The notes: generated by a model not told the origin, from the letters alone. Numbered from the stretch's first letter, positions 44,488 to 56,307 are shown. The stretch is DNA of 64,000 nucleotides from Lepidodermella squamata (GCA_047495785.1 JBLDXI010000033.1:496001-560000), one strand, 5' to 3'. Translations and numbers: made by a program.

Positions 44488-45644
44488 TTTTCGAACCTGT
44501 TTGATGACATATTTATTCTGATGCCGGTTGTTAGCCTTCTGTTTACTCAAAAAGTGGCTTCGCGCAGAACGGAAGTGCATTAAAAATATTATGCACTATT
44601 TGAACATGCATTTTTGTCTCCATTGAACAAAATGGCCATTTTTGGTTCGCGATTGAGTTCACGTTTAATACTGATCAAACATCACCAATAGCATCGAGGG
44701 AGCAAAGGCCGCGAATTTGACTAAAACATGCGAATAATAAAAGCTCCCTTCCAAGTTTGGGCAAATCTAGAAAAATCATTTTTCTGTCCAATGAATTCAC
44801 TGCGTTTAATAAAAAAGCATACTAGTGATACCGTGGTTAAATCTACTGGGACAGAAATCTTGACAATGAAACTTCATAAAACCTTCGGGAAGGAACACTA
44901 ATCGATTGCAGATATAGGCCGATTAGACCGTAATAATCGTGCGTTTATTGTTGAACCGAAAACCACCGGAATGTGCCTCGAAGAAGCGCAACATTATAAC
45001 ACTGGTTTGAGAATGCGATGTCCTTTCTCAAACTAGAAAATTCCCATTCCAATGAAGTATGAACCTTGTCACCGGGAGAAAAGTAACCGGGTGAATTACC
45101 TGTCTGAAGCCCATTTTAGTCAACTTTATCCGTGATTACGCGTTAGCTGTTGGCTATCAACACAACAATAGCCCGGACATCGTAGGCCTCAAATATTAGC
45201 ATTCAACTTATTAACCGTTTCATGCCAAGAAAAGTAATAACAAGGTCAGAGACTGACTCACAGCGTTCATATGAGAACAAAGCTCTCTCGCGCCTCAAAT
45301 AATTGAAAACTGTTTTTGAAAATTGTTTATAGGATTCACGACTATTGACTACTTACTTTCGTCCGACTTTAATATTCATGTAGAAGGAAAAGTCGAAGCA
45401 AGCACTTAAGAAGCGCCAATAATAGACTTGCTCTAAATTCTTAACTGACAGCCGATTAGCCTGACGAAAGAGAGCGTGACAATATTTTACTTCTATATAT
45501 GTAGCATATCTATTTAGCAAGCTTTAGCGTTACGCAAAGTAAACAGTACCTCGAAACCGGGTCGAACGGCTTTTTTAGGTTTTAGCAAACATCATATAAA
45601 CACACTCCTAATAAACCAAGAATATTCTTACGCAATTTCTAACC

Positions 45645-46823
45645 ATGGTAATTACCTTGAAAACTGTTTTCTCCTTGCTTTTGTCTCTCTCGAGCCTGGT
45701 ATTGTTTGTCTTTGGAAATGAACTTACATTGTTAACAAAAAGATCAACAATCGAATTGCTACGCAACTGCTCACATTTATCACCGGAAAGTTATACGCCT
45801 CTATGCCCACGTGGGCAGCTTAACAAGGAAGGTTGTAAATCAATGGATGTAACAATCCTATACGAACCAGCGTATTTGTGGGATGTCGACGATGAGAATG
45901 AGGCCTACACGTTATCTGCGTGGATCACCGCGACATGGCAAGTGGAGTGCGCGTCCTACAAACCAGGCTACGATTTCAAAATTCCAGTTGATCCTAACGC
46001 ATTTTGGAAGCCGCACCTCTACCATCAAAACACAATCTTCAACAACGAGATGGACGATGGCTTCAAAGAAGAATTGGAGATTGAGTTCAGTTCAGTATCT
46101 CAAATTTTAACCTTCGAATGGCAGAAAGTTGGCGATATGACCGCTTTGTGTAGCATGGACTTCACGCTCTTCCCGTTTGATAACCAAACCTGCGCGGTCG
46201 AGCTTGCACTAGACAACCCTAGTGAGCTTGTCACTTTTTCTGGTGACTCGTTGGTGAGGTTCAAAGACAGCTATTCGGAATCAAATGATAGATGGTACTC
46301 GGATAAAGGAAACCATAGATCCTATTACGTCGCGGAGAAGGACGGGCGTAATTTCACGGTATTCGAAGCGCTGTTATATATGAAGCGAAACCCTATATTC
46401 TACACATATCACTTGATGTTGCCTTGTGCTTTGCTGGCGTTGTTGGACCTAGCTGCTTTTGCTATCACACCAACTGCCCCTGATAGAGCGATCTTTGGTA
46501 TTACGATCTTGCTAACTTTGATTTTCTTCCAGGGTGAAGTTTTGGATCGTGTGCCGCCTAAAACCGAGCAAGTGCATATATTGACCTTCACCGATTTGTG
46601 CCAGTTGTTTATTTGGCTTAACACCTTCTATTTTTTGATAAGCTGTGGCTATTCTAATACGTTTAAAGAATGGTTCAAGCAACCTGTAATGAAGGAAGGC
46701 GTTCTTCAACGCATAAAACGCCACAGGTTGATTGATTGCGTTGTCTTCCTGATTTTTCTCGCCTGGTACTTGGGAATTGTTCTACACTGGGTAGTAACTA
46801 TGAATAGAACCGGGAATCTGTAA
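45645..46823 (+). CDS. Divergent intronless pLGIC subunit 16
   Basis: WKPHLYHQN, Cys-loop CSMDFTLFPFDNQTC; recent paralog of subunit 18. Confidence 0.92.
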   Translation: MVITLKTVFSLLLSLSSLVLFVFGNELTLLTKRSTIELLRNCSHLSPESYTPLCPRGQLNKEGCKSMDVTILYEPAYLWDVDDENEAYTLSAWITATWQVECASYKPGYDFKIPVDPNAFWKPHLYHQNTIFNNEMDDGFKEELEIEFSSVSQILTFEWQKVGDMTALCSMDFTLFPFDNQTCAVELALDNPSELVTFSGDSLVRFKDSYSESNDRWYSDKGNHRSYYVAEKDGRNFTVFEALLYMKRNPIFYTYHLMLPCALLALLDLAAFAITPTAPDRAIFGITILLTLIFFQGEVLDRVPPKTEQVHILTFTDLCQLFIWLNTFYFLISCGYSNTFKEWFKQPVMKEGVLQRIKRHRLIDCVVFLIFLAWYLGIVLHWVVTMNRTGNL

Positions 46824-46931
46824 TAAAAAAAACCTATGCTTTTGCGAGGAAATGGCACGTCTTGCTATTCAAACAATAAGAGAATGCAAAGTGATAGGTG
46901 TCTCATGGAGGTATTCTATCAGCTCAAGTGT

Positions 46932-47029
46932 TATAAAAGCCCGCTATGATGGAATAAGCATTTTAGCACAGTGGCTTAGGTAAATAATGAAGCAGGCATC
47001 TATGACCCAGTTGTCGTTGTCTCATTCAG
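46932..47029 (+). promoter_or_regulatory. Candidate TATA box and 50-bp 5'-UTR intron of subunit 17
   Basis: TATAAAAG at 46932; AG|GTAAAT donor at 46980 and CTCATTCAG acceptor at 47029. Length matches the other introns in the window. Confidence 0.55.
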
Positions 47030-47042
47030 CCTCATTACCTAT

Positions 47043-48200
47043 ATGATGAAAGCTGAATTTATTTTCTGCTCTTTTTTCATCGCATTGACAAGAGGTAATG
47101 AGTTGGTCCAGCTCACTAATTACTGGACGATAGATTTGCTGAGAAAGTGCCCGAATTTGTCGAGAGAAATCTGCGCCCCAACTTGCGTTTTCGGCCCTGG
47201 CGAAGGTGGAATTTGTGACTCGACCAATGTGACGATCTCATTCGAGCCTGAAAGATTCGGAGAGGTCGACGACATGTCCGAGCATTTCACTGTGATAGCC
47301 TACTTGGAACTCACATGGCCGGTCGTTTGCCCGGGTTATAAGATCAACAATTCAAGGTTGCTGTACGTTGATTTGGACGCAATTTGGAAGCCAAGTATAA
47401 ACCAGCAAAAGACGCCGAGAAACTTTGGCGTCGTTGAAGGATTTGCAAATCGGTTCTTCATGGAATTCTCGGAGAATGATTCATCTTTGAACTTCACATG
47501 GACCCGCTATGGGGCATTTTCATCCCACTGTCAAATGGACTACGATTACTTTCCTTTCGACTCGCAGAGTTGCAATTTAGTCTTCACTATGCAAGAAACA
47601 GTTGAATCTGTTCGTTTCACTGAAAACACTGTGATTCAGACAACAGCAGAGTTTCCAAGTTCTAATGATAAATGGCGCGTCTTCAACTTGAATTATGAGC
47701 TTAGTATGGTTGAGATTGATGGTTCAAACCATAGCGAAATAGCTTTCACCCTAGAATTTCGCCGCAACCCTACCTACTACATCTTTCATATCATGATTCC
47801 ATGCGTATTTCTTTCTTTCCTTGAACTGACGGCTTTCGCGATGTCTCCTTCTCTCCCGGATCGACCAATATTCGCTATATCTATAGTGCTAGCCCATACG
47901 TTCTTTCAAGGAGAGATTTTAGATAGAGTGCCTCCGAAATCTGAACGAGTCTTCATCCTAAATTTTGCGGACATGTGCCAGCTATTCTCTTGGGTGTGTA
48001 CGATTTATTTCCTGATTAGCTGTGGATATTCAAAGGCTAAACGAGACCACTTCCTAACGCCGATCAAAGTGCACCCGTTCCTGTTTGCCATTCCCAGGCA
48101 TCGGCTGCTTGATAAAGCAATGTTTTCATTCGCTTTCTTGGCTTTTCTTGGAATAATTATCTACGCTATTGATACAATGTTTAAACATGGTGTTTTTTGA
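47043..48200 (+). CDS. Divergent intronless pLGIC subunit 17
   Basis: Signal peptide, WKPSINQQK, Cys-loop CQMDYDYFPFDSQSC, 4 TM. Confidence 0.92.
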   Translation: MMKAEFIFCSFFIALTRGNELVQLTNYWTIDLLRKCPNLSREICAPTCVFGPGEGGICDSTNVTISFEPERFGEVDDMSEHFTVIAYLELTWPVVCPGYKINNSRLLYVDLDAIWKPSINQQKTPRNFGVVEGFANRFFMEFSENDSSLNFTWTRYGAFSSHCQMDYDYFPFDSQSCNLVFTMQETVESVRFTENTVIQTTAEFPSSNDKWRVFNLNYELSMVEIDGSNHSEIAFTLEFRRNPTYYIFHIMIPCVFLSFLELTAFAMSPSLPDRPIFAISIVLAHTFFQGEILDRVPPKSERVFILNFADMCQLFSWVCTIYFLISCGYSKAKRDHFLTPIKVHPFLFAIPRHRLLDKAMFSFAFLAFLGIIIYAIDTMFKHGVF

Positions 48201-48728
48201 AGTAATAAAACTGGATCTAGCGAAGGAAGTGACATATTTCAGGTGCTCGAAAATTCCTGGAAACAAAGTGAAATACGAGGCTAGGAGATCTGTTAATATA
48301 CGGCAGTGAGTCATTGCTTACATTGGACAAGAGCAGCTCTTATGAATTATCCTGCTGTATTGGCGGTTTATAAATAATTAAAACTGGCAGCGGCTTTCTC
48401 CAAACGTTAGAAAGAAGTCGCTCTAGGTTGCATTTGTAGTACTTGCACATAATTAAACAGGCGGATCTTTTCAAGTACAACGCGATGACAGTGTTAAAAA
48501 GCCGTTAAAAGGCTATACCCTGTTTGACAAAGGATTGGGATCGCCTGTAAGCGCGTTTATAGGGGATGTTATTTTGCTAGAATTCATCTTTCTACAGAGT
48601 TATCGACTTGGTGTTATTATTACTTGATTACAATTTATAACTGTTGCGATGTTTGTTGATATAGTTTGTTACTATCATCAGAACATAATTGATCAAGTGT
48701 CTGATCCATAACTTTGGTTTCGCCCACT

Positions 48729-48810
48729 ACAAGTTTAGACAAGTTTAGATTTAGGCCAACGACAAGTTTAGAATTTAGGTGCACCTCAGCCCTAAATCTA
48801 AACTTGTCGA
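48729..48810. repeat. Short direct and inverted repeat cluster (hairpin/MITE remnant)
   Basis: ACAAGTTTAG occurs three times in direct orientation; CGACAAGTTTAGAATTTAGG is followed 11 nt later by the near-perfect complement CCTAAATCTAAACTTGTCG. Confidence 0.6.
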
Positions 48811-50651
48811 GCATATATATGTTGTTTTACCTAACATTGTCAAGCTGTCCTCTCTTGGCCGTATGAGCTTTCAAATAAATTATTGTCTCCCAAGAGATTT
48901 TTCGTATAGTCAGCTCAAATACACCCTAAACAAACGAACTATAGGAAACCGCTGATTTGAACTCGATAACAAGAGGATGGTGGAGCCAATGCGAAGAAAC
49001 ACACAGAGCCCCAACGTTTTTACATGAGAGTATGTATGCAAAGGCTCCCCTTACAAATTTTCCTAAATTTAGCGAAATAATCTTTAGTAGTGGTGAGATT
49101 ATTTGAGACTAGGTTTGAAATTGATAGTGGAAAATCATCATCCGTCGTTTCTGCTCGACCTTTGGCGTGCCCAGTCCCAATCCTATCCTTTTTGATAATA
49201 TCATGCGGTCTAAAATTGTGAGGACTGATGCAAACCGCTTTCAATAGCTTGTTTATTTTGATTTCGTTTCTTCTCAAACTGACGCTAATACTCCGACCTC
49301 CATTCGATCATTCATAGACCCAAAAAATCGACCTTTGATGCAATTTATTTATTTTTAAAATATGTAAATGTTATATTCACTTTCTGATACAAAAAATTTG
49401 AGGTCATACTGCTTTGAAACGTTTGTTTTGAAACCTTTTACAAAATTTTCCCTACTTTGTAGGGGACCCATGAAAAACCTTGAAAGCCAAATTTTTCCCC
49501 TACTAAATTGTGCAGGACTGGGTTTTTCTTTGGGACGTTATGTAAGAAGGTGAGAGGCTATCACGGCACTGGTTGTAATGCTTTTTTTACTCCACGATGA
49601 GAGCTACATTTTGACACCACTATCAACTTTATACGAGAAGTCCACTCTAGCGACGACCCCCACTAGCAAATCACCGAATCTGCGCAAACTTTTCCCATAC
49701 TGAATTCTACGTATTGCGAATATTTCTCGCTATCCGCTCTCAATAATTTATATCGCGACTTGAGCGCCGGAACAGTGTGCTGTGTGCTGTAAATAGAAAC
49801 AAACGTCGTGCTGCTTTTGATGCACAAAAACTGGCGTTCTGCTTTTTCTAGCGATCGGATACACGATTGACTTGGCAAATCCTCTTTTGTTCCTCTTTCC
49901 GGCACACTGTTCCGGCGCGCAGATCTAGATGTGCGAAATGGGATTTGTGCTTGTAATTCTGGAATAACAGGTGATCATTTGCTTGACTGATTTATAATCA
50001 AGTGTTCGCGGCACATCGAAGTACTAAGCCCAGGTGACACGTTTACTCTGTGCCGCGCGTAGAGTAGGACGTATGCAGCATATAAATGAAAGGCATTTCA
50101 ACCTAAGTTTAACTAAGGCGCGCAACTCTACTCTCTTGCTCCTGTATTGTTTTTATACATGTTGTACTGTTTCTCCTGCTTTTGAAATGCAATATAGTGT
50201 GCCTTTAAACAATGCGTTACTTTTCCATCAGTTGAGCCAATTTTTTCTTTAGATAAGGAAAGAAATCGCACATCGCACAATGTAAGCAGAGAAATAAGGT
50301 CATAGGATCTAGGGATGATTTACCCTGATTCTTTTGCATATGATTTTTTCTGTGTGTCAACATTCAACATATCACCTTGCGTATGTTTTTCTAGCACAAT
50401 AGCTACGAATCACGGAAAGACACTCTCTCCTAGTTTTTAAGAAGCAGCGCTTCGACTAGGCCCAGCAAAGAAAAAGTATTCGGTTAGCACTTTTCACTCA
50501 CCGGGGGTCACTGGAGGGCTAGCTCAACTCAACCGCCAGGTCTTCTAACATGGCACGCTTGAACGGCTTGTGTAAATTGAGCGTGAACGTGATTCACCGA
50601 TCTATGGACTACTTTTAAGTTAGAACTAGGTATATCATGTGACCCTGAACA

Positions 50652-51830
50652 ATGTTATTTAAATTGAAAGCTGTTTTCTTCTTGCTGTTATCTCTCTCGG
50701 CCCTGGTTTTGTTCGCCGTTGGTAACGAGCTTACATCGCTAACAAACAGAGCAGCAATTGAGCTGTTACGCAACTGTTCACATCTATCACCGGAGAGCTA
50801 TACGCCTCTATGCCCACGTGGCCAGCTCAACAAGGAGGGATGTAAACCTCTTGGTATAGCGATCCTATACGAACCAGCTTATCTGTGGAACGTAGACGAT
50901 GAGGATGAAGCATACACGTTATCTGCTTGGATAACGGCCACATGGACAATAGAGTGCGAGTCTTACAAACCAGGCGCTGACTTCCGAACTCGCGTGGATC
51001 CAGCGGCTGTCTGGAAGCCGCATCTCTACCATCAAAATGCTGTCTTTAACAACGAGATGACTGATGGTTTTGTAGAAGATATGGAGATCTGGTATAGTCT
51101 AGTTGATCAAAGATTTACATTTAGGTGGCGAAAAGTTGGCGCAATGACGGCTTTATGTGATTTGGACTTCACGCTCTTCCCATTTGATAACCAAACTTGT
51201 GTGGTCGAGCTGGCTCTCGACGAGCCCAGTGAAATCGTCTCATTCACAAACGACTCATTTGTAAGATTCAAAGACAGCTATTCCGGTTCAAATGACAACT
51301 GGTACTCCGAAAATGGAAGTTATAGATCTTACTATAAATCGGAGAAGAACGGGCGAAATCTGACAGTATTCGAAACTGCTTTTCTAATGAAACGAAACCC
51401 GATATTTTATATCTACCACTTAATGCTGCCATGCGCTATGCTCGCTTTGTTAGAACTATCGGCCTTTGCTATATCGCCAACTGCTGCTGACCGGGCTGTG
51501 TTTGGTATTACGATCCTGCTGACCTTGATATTCTTTCAGGGTGAAATTCTAGATCGGGTGCCGCCGAAAACCGAGCAAGTACACATATTGACCTTCACCG
51601 ATTTGTGCCAGCTCTTCGTTTGGCTTAACACCTTCTATTTTTTGATAAGCTGTGGCTATTCTAATACGTTTAAAGAATGGTTCAAGCAACCTGTAACGAA
51701 GGAAGGCGTCCTCAGACGCATAAAACGTCACAGGTTGATTGATTGCGTTGTATTCCTGATTTTTCTCGCCTGGTACTTGGGGATTGTTCTACACTGGGTA
51801 GTAACTATGAATAGAACCGGGAATCTGTAA
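50652..51830 (+). CDS. Divergent intronless pLGIC subunit 18
   Basis: Cys-loop CDLDFTLFPFDNQTC; C-terminal region nearly identical to subunit 16. Confidence 0.92.
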   Translation: MLFKLKAVFFLLLSLSALVLFAVGNELTSLTNRAAIELLRNCSHLSPESYTPLCPRGQLNKEGCKPLGIAILYEPAYLWNVDDEDEAYTLSAWITATWTIECESYKPGADFRTRVDPAAVWKPHLYHQNAVFNNEMTDGFVEDMEIWYSLVDQRFTFRWRKVGAMTALCDLDFTLFPFDNQTCVVELALDEPSEIVSFTNDSFVRFKDSYSGSNDNWYSENGSYRSYYKSEKNGRNLTVFETAFLMKRNPIFYIYHLMLPCAMLALLELSAFAISPTAADRAVFGITILLTLIFFQGEILDRVPPKTEQVHILTFTDLCQLFVWLNTFYFLISCGYSNTFKEWFKQPVTKEGVLRRIKRHRLIDCVVFLIFLAWYLGIVLHWVVTMNRTGNL

Positions 51831-51924
51831 TAAAGAAACCTATGCTTGTGAGGAAATGGCACGTCTTGCTATTCAAACAAGAGAAGGCAAAGTGATAAGT
51901 GTCTCATGCAGGCATTCAATGAGC

Positions 51925-52028
51925 TCCTGATTTTTCCTGATTTTTTTCGCCTGGTAACTAGGAATCGTATTCAATTCTGGGTAGCTACATAGCTACACGT
52001 TCTCGATAGAACAGGAAACCTGCATTAA
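51925..52028 (+). pseudogene. Decayed duplicate of the M4-coding 3' end of subunits 16/18
   Basis: TCCTGATTTTTTTCGCCTGGTAACTAGGAATCGT...CTGGGTAG...ATAGAACAGGAAACCTG aligns to TCCTGATTTTTCTCGCCTGGTACTTGGGAATTGT...CTGGGTAG...ATAGAACCGGGAATCTG. Confidence 0.7.
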
Positions 52029-52540
52029 CTGGAAACGGTGGAACCATTTCAAGCTGATATTCCTGGCGGTTCATGCTTTTAAACATCCATCCAAAATCTG
52101 GCTGAATCATATATACGGCGTTTTTTGAAGAAATAAAATTCGATATTTTTGCAATCGTATGCGATTTCAAGGTGATAAGTAATATTTAACGAGCTCCCAT
52201 TATTTTAATTAACCATGGAATGTTTAATTAAAATGTAATAAGATCCATGGCCCTGTTCTGAGAGACTTTCGTCGGCGTCTGCCGCCTGTTTTCTTATTAC
52301 CTAGACTCTTTCATCACGATAAAGGTTAACAAGTCGTGTCATCGCGAGTAAAAGAATTCCATGACAGCTTTTTAATGAGCTGGATGGGTGTCAAGTATCA
52401 ACGTCTCGTTGTTCCTCCTTAAATTCTCGAAAACACCAATTACGTGTTGATGAATATACGCCACTCACCCTAATTAGCAAACTTGACCTTAAAAGCAGCA
52501 TTTTAAAGCAGTACCGCTTCAGTCTCGAATATCAACGAAA

Positions 52541-54952
52541 ATGTCTCGCTATATTATACTGCTTTGCATTCACGCTTTTGCATTTGCCCAGTCAAGAAAG
52601 CCCAATGAGCTAGTTATGTTGAATATGATGCCACTGAACAGCCCAAATATTCCGACGGCTTGCAGCGCGGCGGCTAAATTAGTGATTGATACGGCGAATT
52701 CACGAAACAACATTCTGCCGGATTATCACATTCGTATGGTACTCAAAGACGAAGGATCAGCAGCGACGAGAGCCTCTCAGAGTTTTGTGAACTTCTTATG
52801 GGAATTCGAAAGAAATCTAACAAACAATTCCTACATGTCTCCTATGGTGATTGGAACTTCGTTAGCTTGTCAGAGTGAGTTTTCCAGGTCATTTTTCGAA
52901 AGTAGAATGTAAAAAAGCTCTTTTCTAGCCAATGCACTGACAGTCAAGGTCAACAAGTTCATTCAGTTTGCCGAAGGGTGCGCTGGCCCTATTCTTATTG
53001 CAAGACGGAACTTGTATAACCACTTGTATCGAGCCCAGGGACCTTACGAAAATATTGGCAACCTCATTCCGCTGTTCGCGAGAAAAGTTGGTGGATGGAA
53101 TCAAATGGCTATATTCACCTCATCAGCAAATGCTAATGACGACATTTTCGGGCGAATGCTACAGAACATTTTCGCTGAGAATGACATTGACGTGCCCTAT
53201 TTCGGAAGTGAACCCGAGGTGAATCAAGATGTGATTGATGCCATCAAATCTAGCGGTGCGCGAGTCATTGTAATGGCTCATGGGAATATCGGGGCGAACT
53301 ACGTCAAGTTTCTCTGCTTAGCGTACAATGCCGGCATGACAGCGCCATACTACGTTTACATCGTTAACTTCTTCGCCTATACCACAGCTGGTGATCCCAG
53401 CTTGCCATTGATACCAGGCTGTACAAGGGTAATGATAGCCGAAATGCTGAAGGTTACCTTTTTCTTCGGTTTGGTTCAGTTTGCTTGGGAAAAATTCGAA
53501 CCGACTTCATTTGGCTATGATAACGATTATTTCGAAGCCTATCTAGCCAGAGAGCTCAACGGCACAAGAGTCGGGGATATGAATCAAAGGCACATCTGCC
53601 ATGACGCAGCTATGGGTACCATCCTAGCCTTGAACAGAAGCGAAGCCGTACTACGGGAAAAGTACAACATGAGCTTGAAAGACTTTTCGACTAATCCAGA
53701 TTTGGTCCGGCACGTTGTAAATGCCAGTACAGCTTTGACGGATTTTGTAGGTCTAAGGGTTGGAAGGATTCGATTTTCTGAACGCTTGCTGATCGACAAC
53801 GAAGACGTTTTCGTAGTACAGCAGGTTCCTGGATCTGTTCGTATTGTCTACAAAATCACTCGAACTGATAATGACATCAGAACACTGAAAAACGCTAGTA
53901 CTTGGAAACTGACTCCAATGAGTGCCCCAGTTTGGTATACCAAGTCTGGACAGCCCCCCAAAGACCTGTCCCAGGTAATCCACCTATCATCCGAGTTCCC
54001 AACGTCGTCCTTTGGCGTGTTATTATCGATCGCTATTGCTTCAACAATAACGCATGTGTCGATTTATCTTTTGCTGTCTCGGAATGCTAATCGAGAAAAA
54101 TTCATCTTCTTTTTCGACTGTCCAACGAATTCTCTCCTTCTGTTCGGTTGTGTAATCCTAGACTTGGGAGCAATTTTGTTGCTGTTAGAAATTTCGTACT
54201 ACCCAGATGCTTTATGCCAGATTCGCCCGTTGTTCACGTCCATAGGTATAACAATTTGCAATCTGTTGATGCTGGTCCGAATGTTTGGGTTACGCGATAT
54301 CATGCGATCTCTGAGAAACCTAATGTCTCAGAGCAAAGCCAATAGCATAACTGCAGCTGATTTCAACAGTCACATGAGCAAGCGAGTGCAAACATCCAAA
54401 AGACTGCAGTCCTTCGCATCCTTGATTGCTTCTGGGTGTATCCTAGCTGTTGTACTGATTTGGATATTCGGAGTTGATCCCTTCAAAGTTGGGCATTCAA
54501 CCACACCTGTTAGCTTCGACGAAAATCTTGACTCGTATTATGACATCAAAAATTATTTCTGCAGCTCAGGAGATGAATTCTCGTGGTTTGGAGCAATAAT
54601 AGGTATAAATGGCTTCATCCTACTTGTCAGCTGTTTCTTCGCTTACGACAGTCGGACCAAGCTCAAGACACCGCTGGTGTTTTACAAGTTCGAAAGTAAC
54701 CTTCAAAGAATGGCAATAGGAAACGCAACAACCATTTACTTTGCTTTCCTTCTGATTGTCTATCTAATGTCGGGATCTGAAATCAATCAAATCACGGTCG
54801 TTGTGGTTGGGTCACTTATGTATTCCAACTCCATCTATCTGATATTGAACTACCCAGTTTGGTCGAATCGATGGCCGGTGGCAAAGGTTGAAAACTCCAA
54901 AATCGGCGTATTCTCGGGTTCATCGAAGCAGATGATGGGAGGATCCAATTAA
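52541..54952 (+). CDS. GABA-B-like class C GPCR C (~785 aa, 2 exons)
   Basis: Intron 52875-52928 (GTGAGT..TTTTCTAG), same position and phase as in A and B. Close paralog of A (HLYRAQGPYEN, MAIFTSSANANDDIFGRMLQ). Confidence 0.88.
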
Positions 54953-55143
54953 TATCAAGTTCATATTCAAGATCATACGCGAACTCCATGCCATTAAAGC
55001 TCGCGTGGCTTTCGAAATTGCCGGAAAAATGTTTCAATCATATATATTGAGGTTCATTGATGTGATCATTGCGGAAGCTTGGTGGTGGATTTTTCCCGAT
55101 TTGATCGATTTATTAGTTTTTCGCACATTTCACACAAAGTAGT

Positions 55144-56307
55144 TTAGAAACACCCACGCTCTTTAGCTATTGAAATCGCATAAGAATTATTGCCCAAAAA
55201 CATAAAAATCATAAAGCAAGCAGCAGCGAAATCTGCAATCCTGGCTGGCGTTAGACTGAATTTCGACATAAATTTCGACTGAAGAGGGGTACTGTACCAC
55301 TTCTTGTAAGTTGTCACAAAAGCCATAATGGCCAAGGAATAAATCGTGCTACTCCAGCAAATAATTGCTGAAATATCCGTGTAATTATTCAAAAAAATCC
55401 TCTGTGATTTTTGAGGCACTCTCTGCAATATCTCACCTTGGAGAAACGTCATTGCGAGTAAGATTGTGACTTGATAGATTGGCCTGTCAGGAATCCTCGG
55501 CGGAATGATGAACCCAGCTAGTTCGAGGATAGTTAGCAGAAGAATTGGAACCATCAAGTAGTAAACGTAATACTCAGGTTTTCGTTTGAAATGCATCGCA
55601 AATACAGCAGCACTGCGATTGCCGTTCACATTGATGAAAGCTTCCTTCGCGCTCCACCCAATATAGGTCCACCCAGTTCCGTGGCTGTTCGACATGAAGT
55701 AGGACTCAACTTTTGAGAATTGGGTCAGTTTGAAGACCGATCCATTTTGATGCTCCTGCATTACGAAAACAATTTCACAAATCTGGTTATCAAACGGGAA
55801 GTATTCGTAATCCATCGGGCTGTGGGATGTGAATACGCCAACTCTTTGCCAGAAAACCAGGACGTTTGCCTCGAGATCGTATATTGAACGATCAGGGACG
55901 TACCATACGTACAACCTGCTAGTAAAACCTTGCGTCAGGCCGAAATCTAGCATTGCGTTCTTGTGGTGCATGTGTGGTTTCCAAACAAGGTCTTCGTCGA
56001 TGTAGAATGTCCTCTCTTTGGGGAGGGAGTAGTTATCACAGTCGACCTCCCATGAGAGAGCAAGAGAACCAGAAATGGTCAGTGTCTCGGAGACATCGTT
56101 GATTTCATGAAAGCGTTGGGGTATAAATGTTATTTGAACTTGAGTTGGCGAACAGTCTTCCCCGGTCATGTAACGTCCTTCGACGCAGGTCGGTGTATAG
56201 ACTGTCTTGCCAAACTGCGAACAGTTGGCGATAAATTCTTCGTCAGGCTTTGATTTTACGCTCAAAACGAAAGTTGGCGTCAACAAAAAAAGATAACGGC
56301 TCAGCAT
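55144..56307 (-). CDS. Divergent intronless pLGIC subunit 19
   Basis: WKPHMHHKN; loop SPMDYEYFPFDNQIC (first Cys replaced by Ser, AGC); M2 DRPIYQVTILLAMTFLQ. Confidence 0.92.
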   Translation of the reverse strand: MLSRYLFLLTPTFVLSVKSKPDEEFIANCSQFGKTVYTPTCVEGRYMTGEDCSPTQVQITFIPQRFHEINDVSETLTISGSLALSWEVDCDNYSLPKERTFYIDEDLVWKPHMHHKNAMLDFGLTQGFTSRLYVWYVPDRSIYDLEANVLVFWQRVGVFTSHSPMDYEYFPFDNQICEIVFVMQEHQNGSVFKLTQFSKVESYFMSNSHGTGWTYIGWSAKEAFINVNGNRSAAVFAMHFKRKPEYYVYYLMVPILLLTILELAGFIIPPRIPDRPIYQVTILLAMTFLQGEILQRVPQKSQRIFLNNYTDISAIICWSSTIYSLAIMAFVTTYKKWYSTPLQSKFMSKFSLTPARIADFAAACFMIFMFLGNNSYAISIAKERGCF

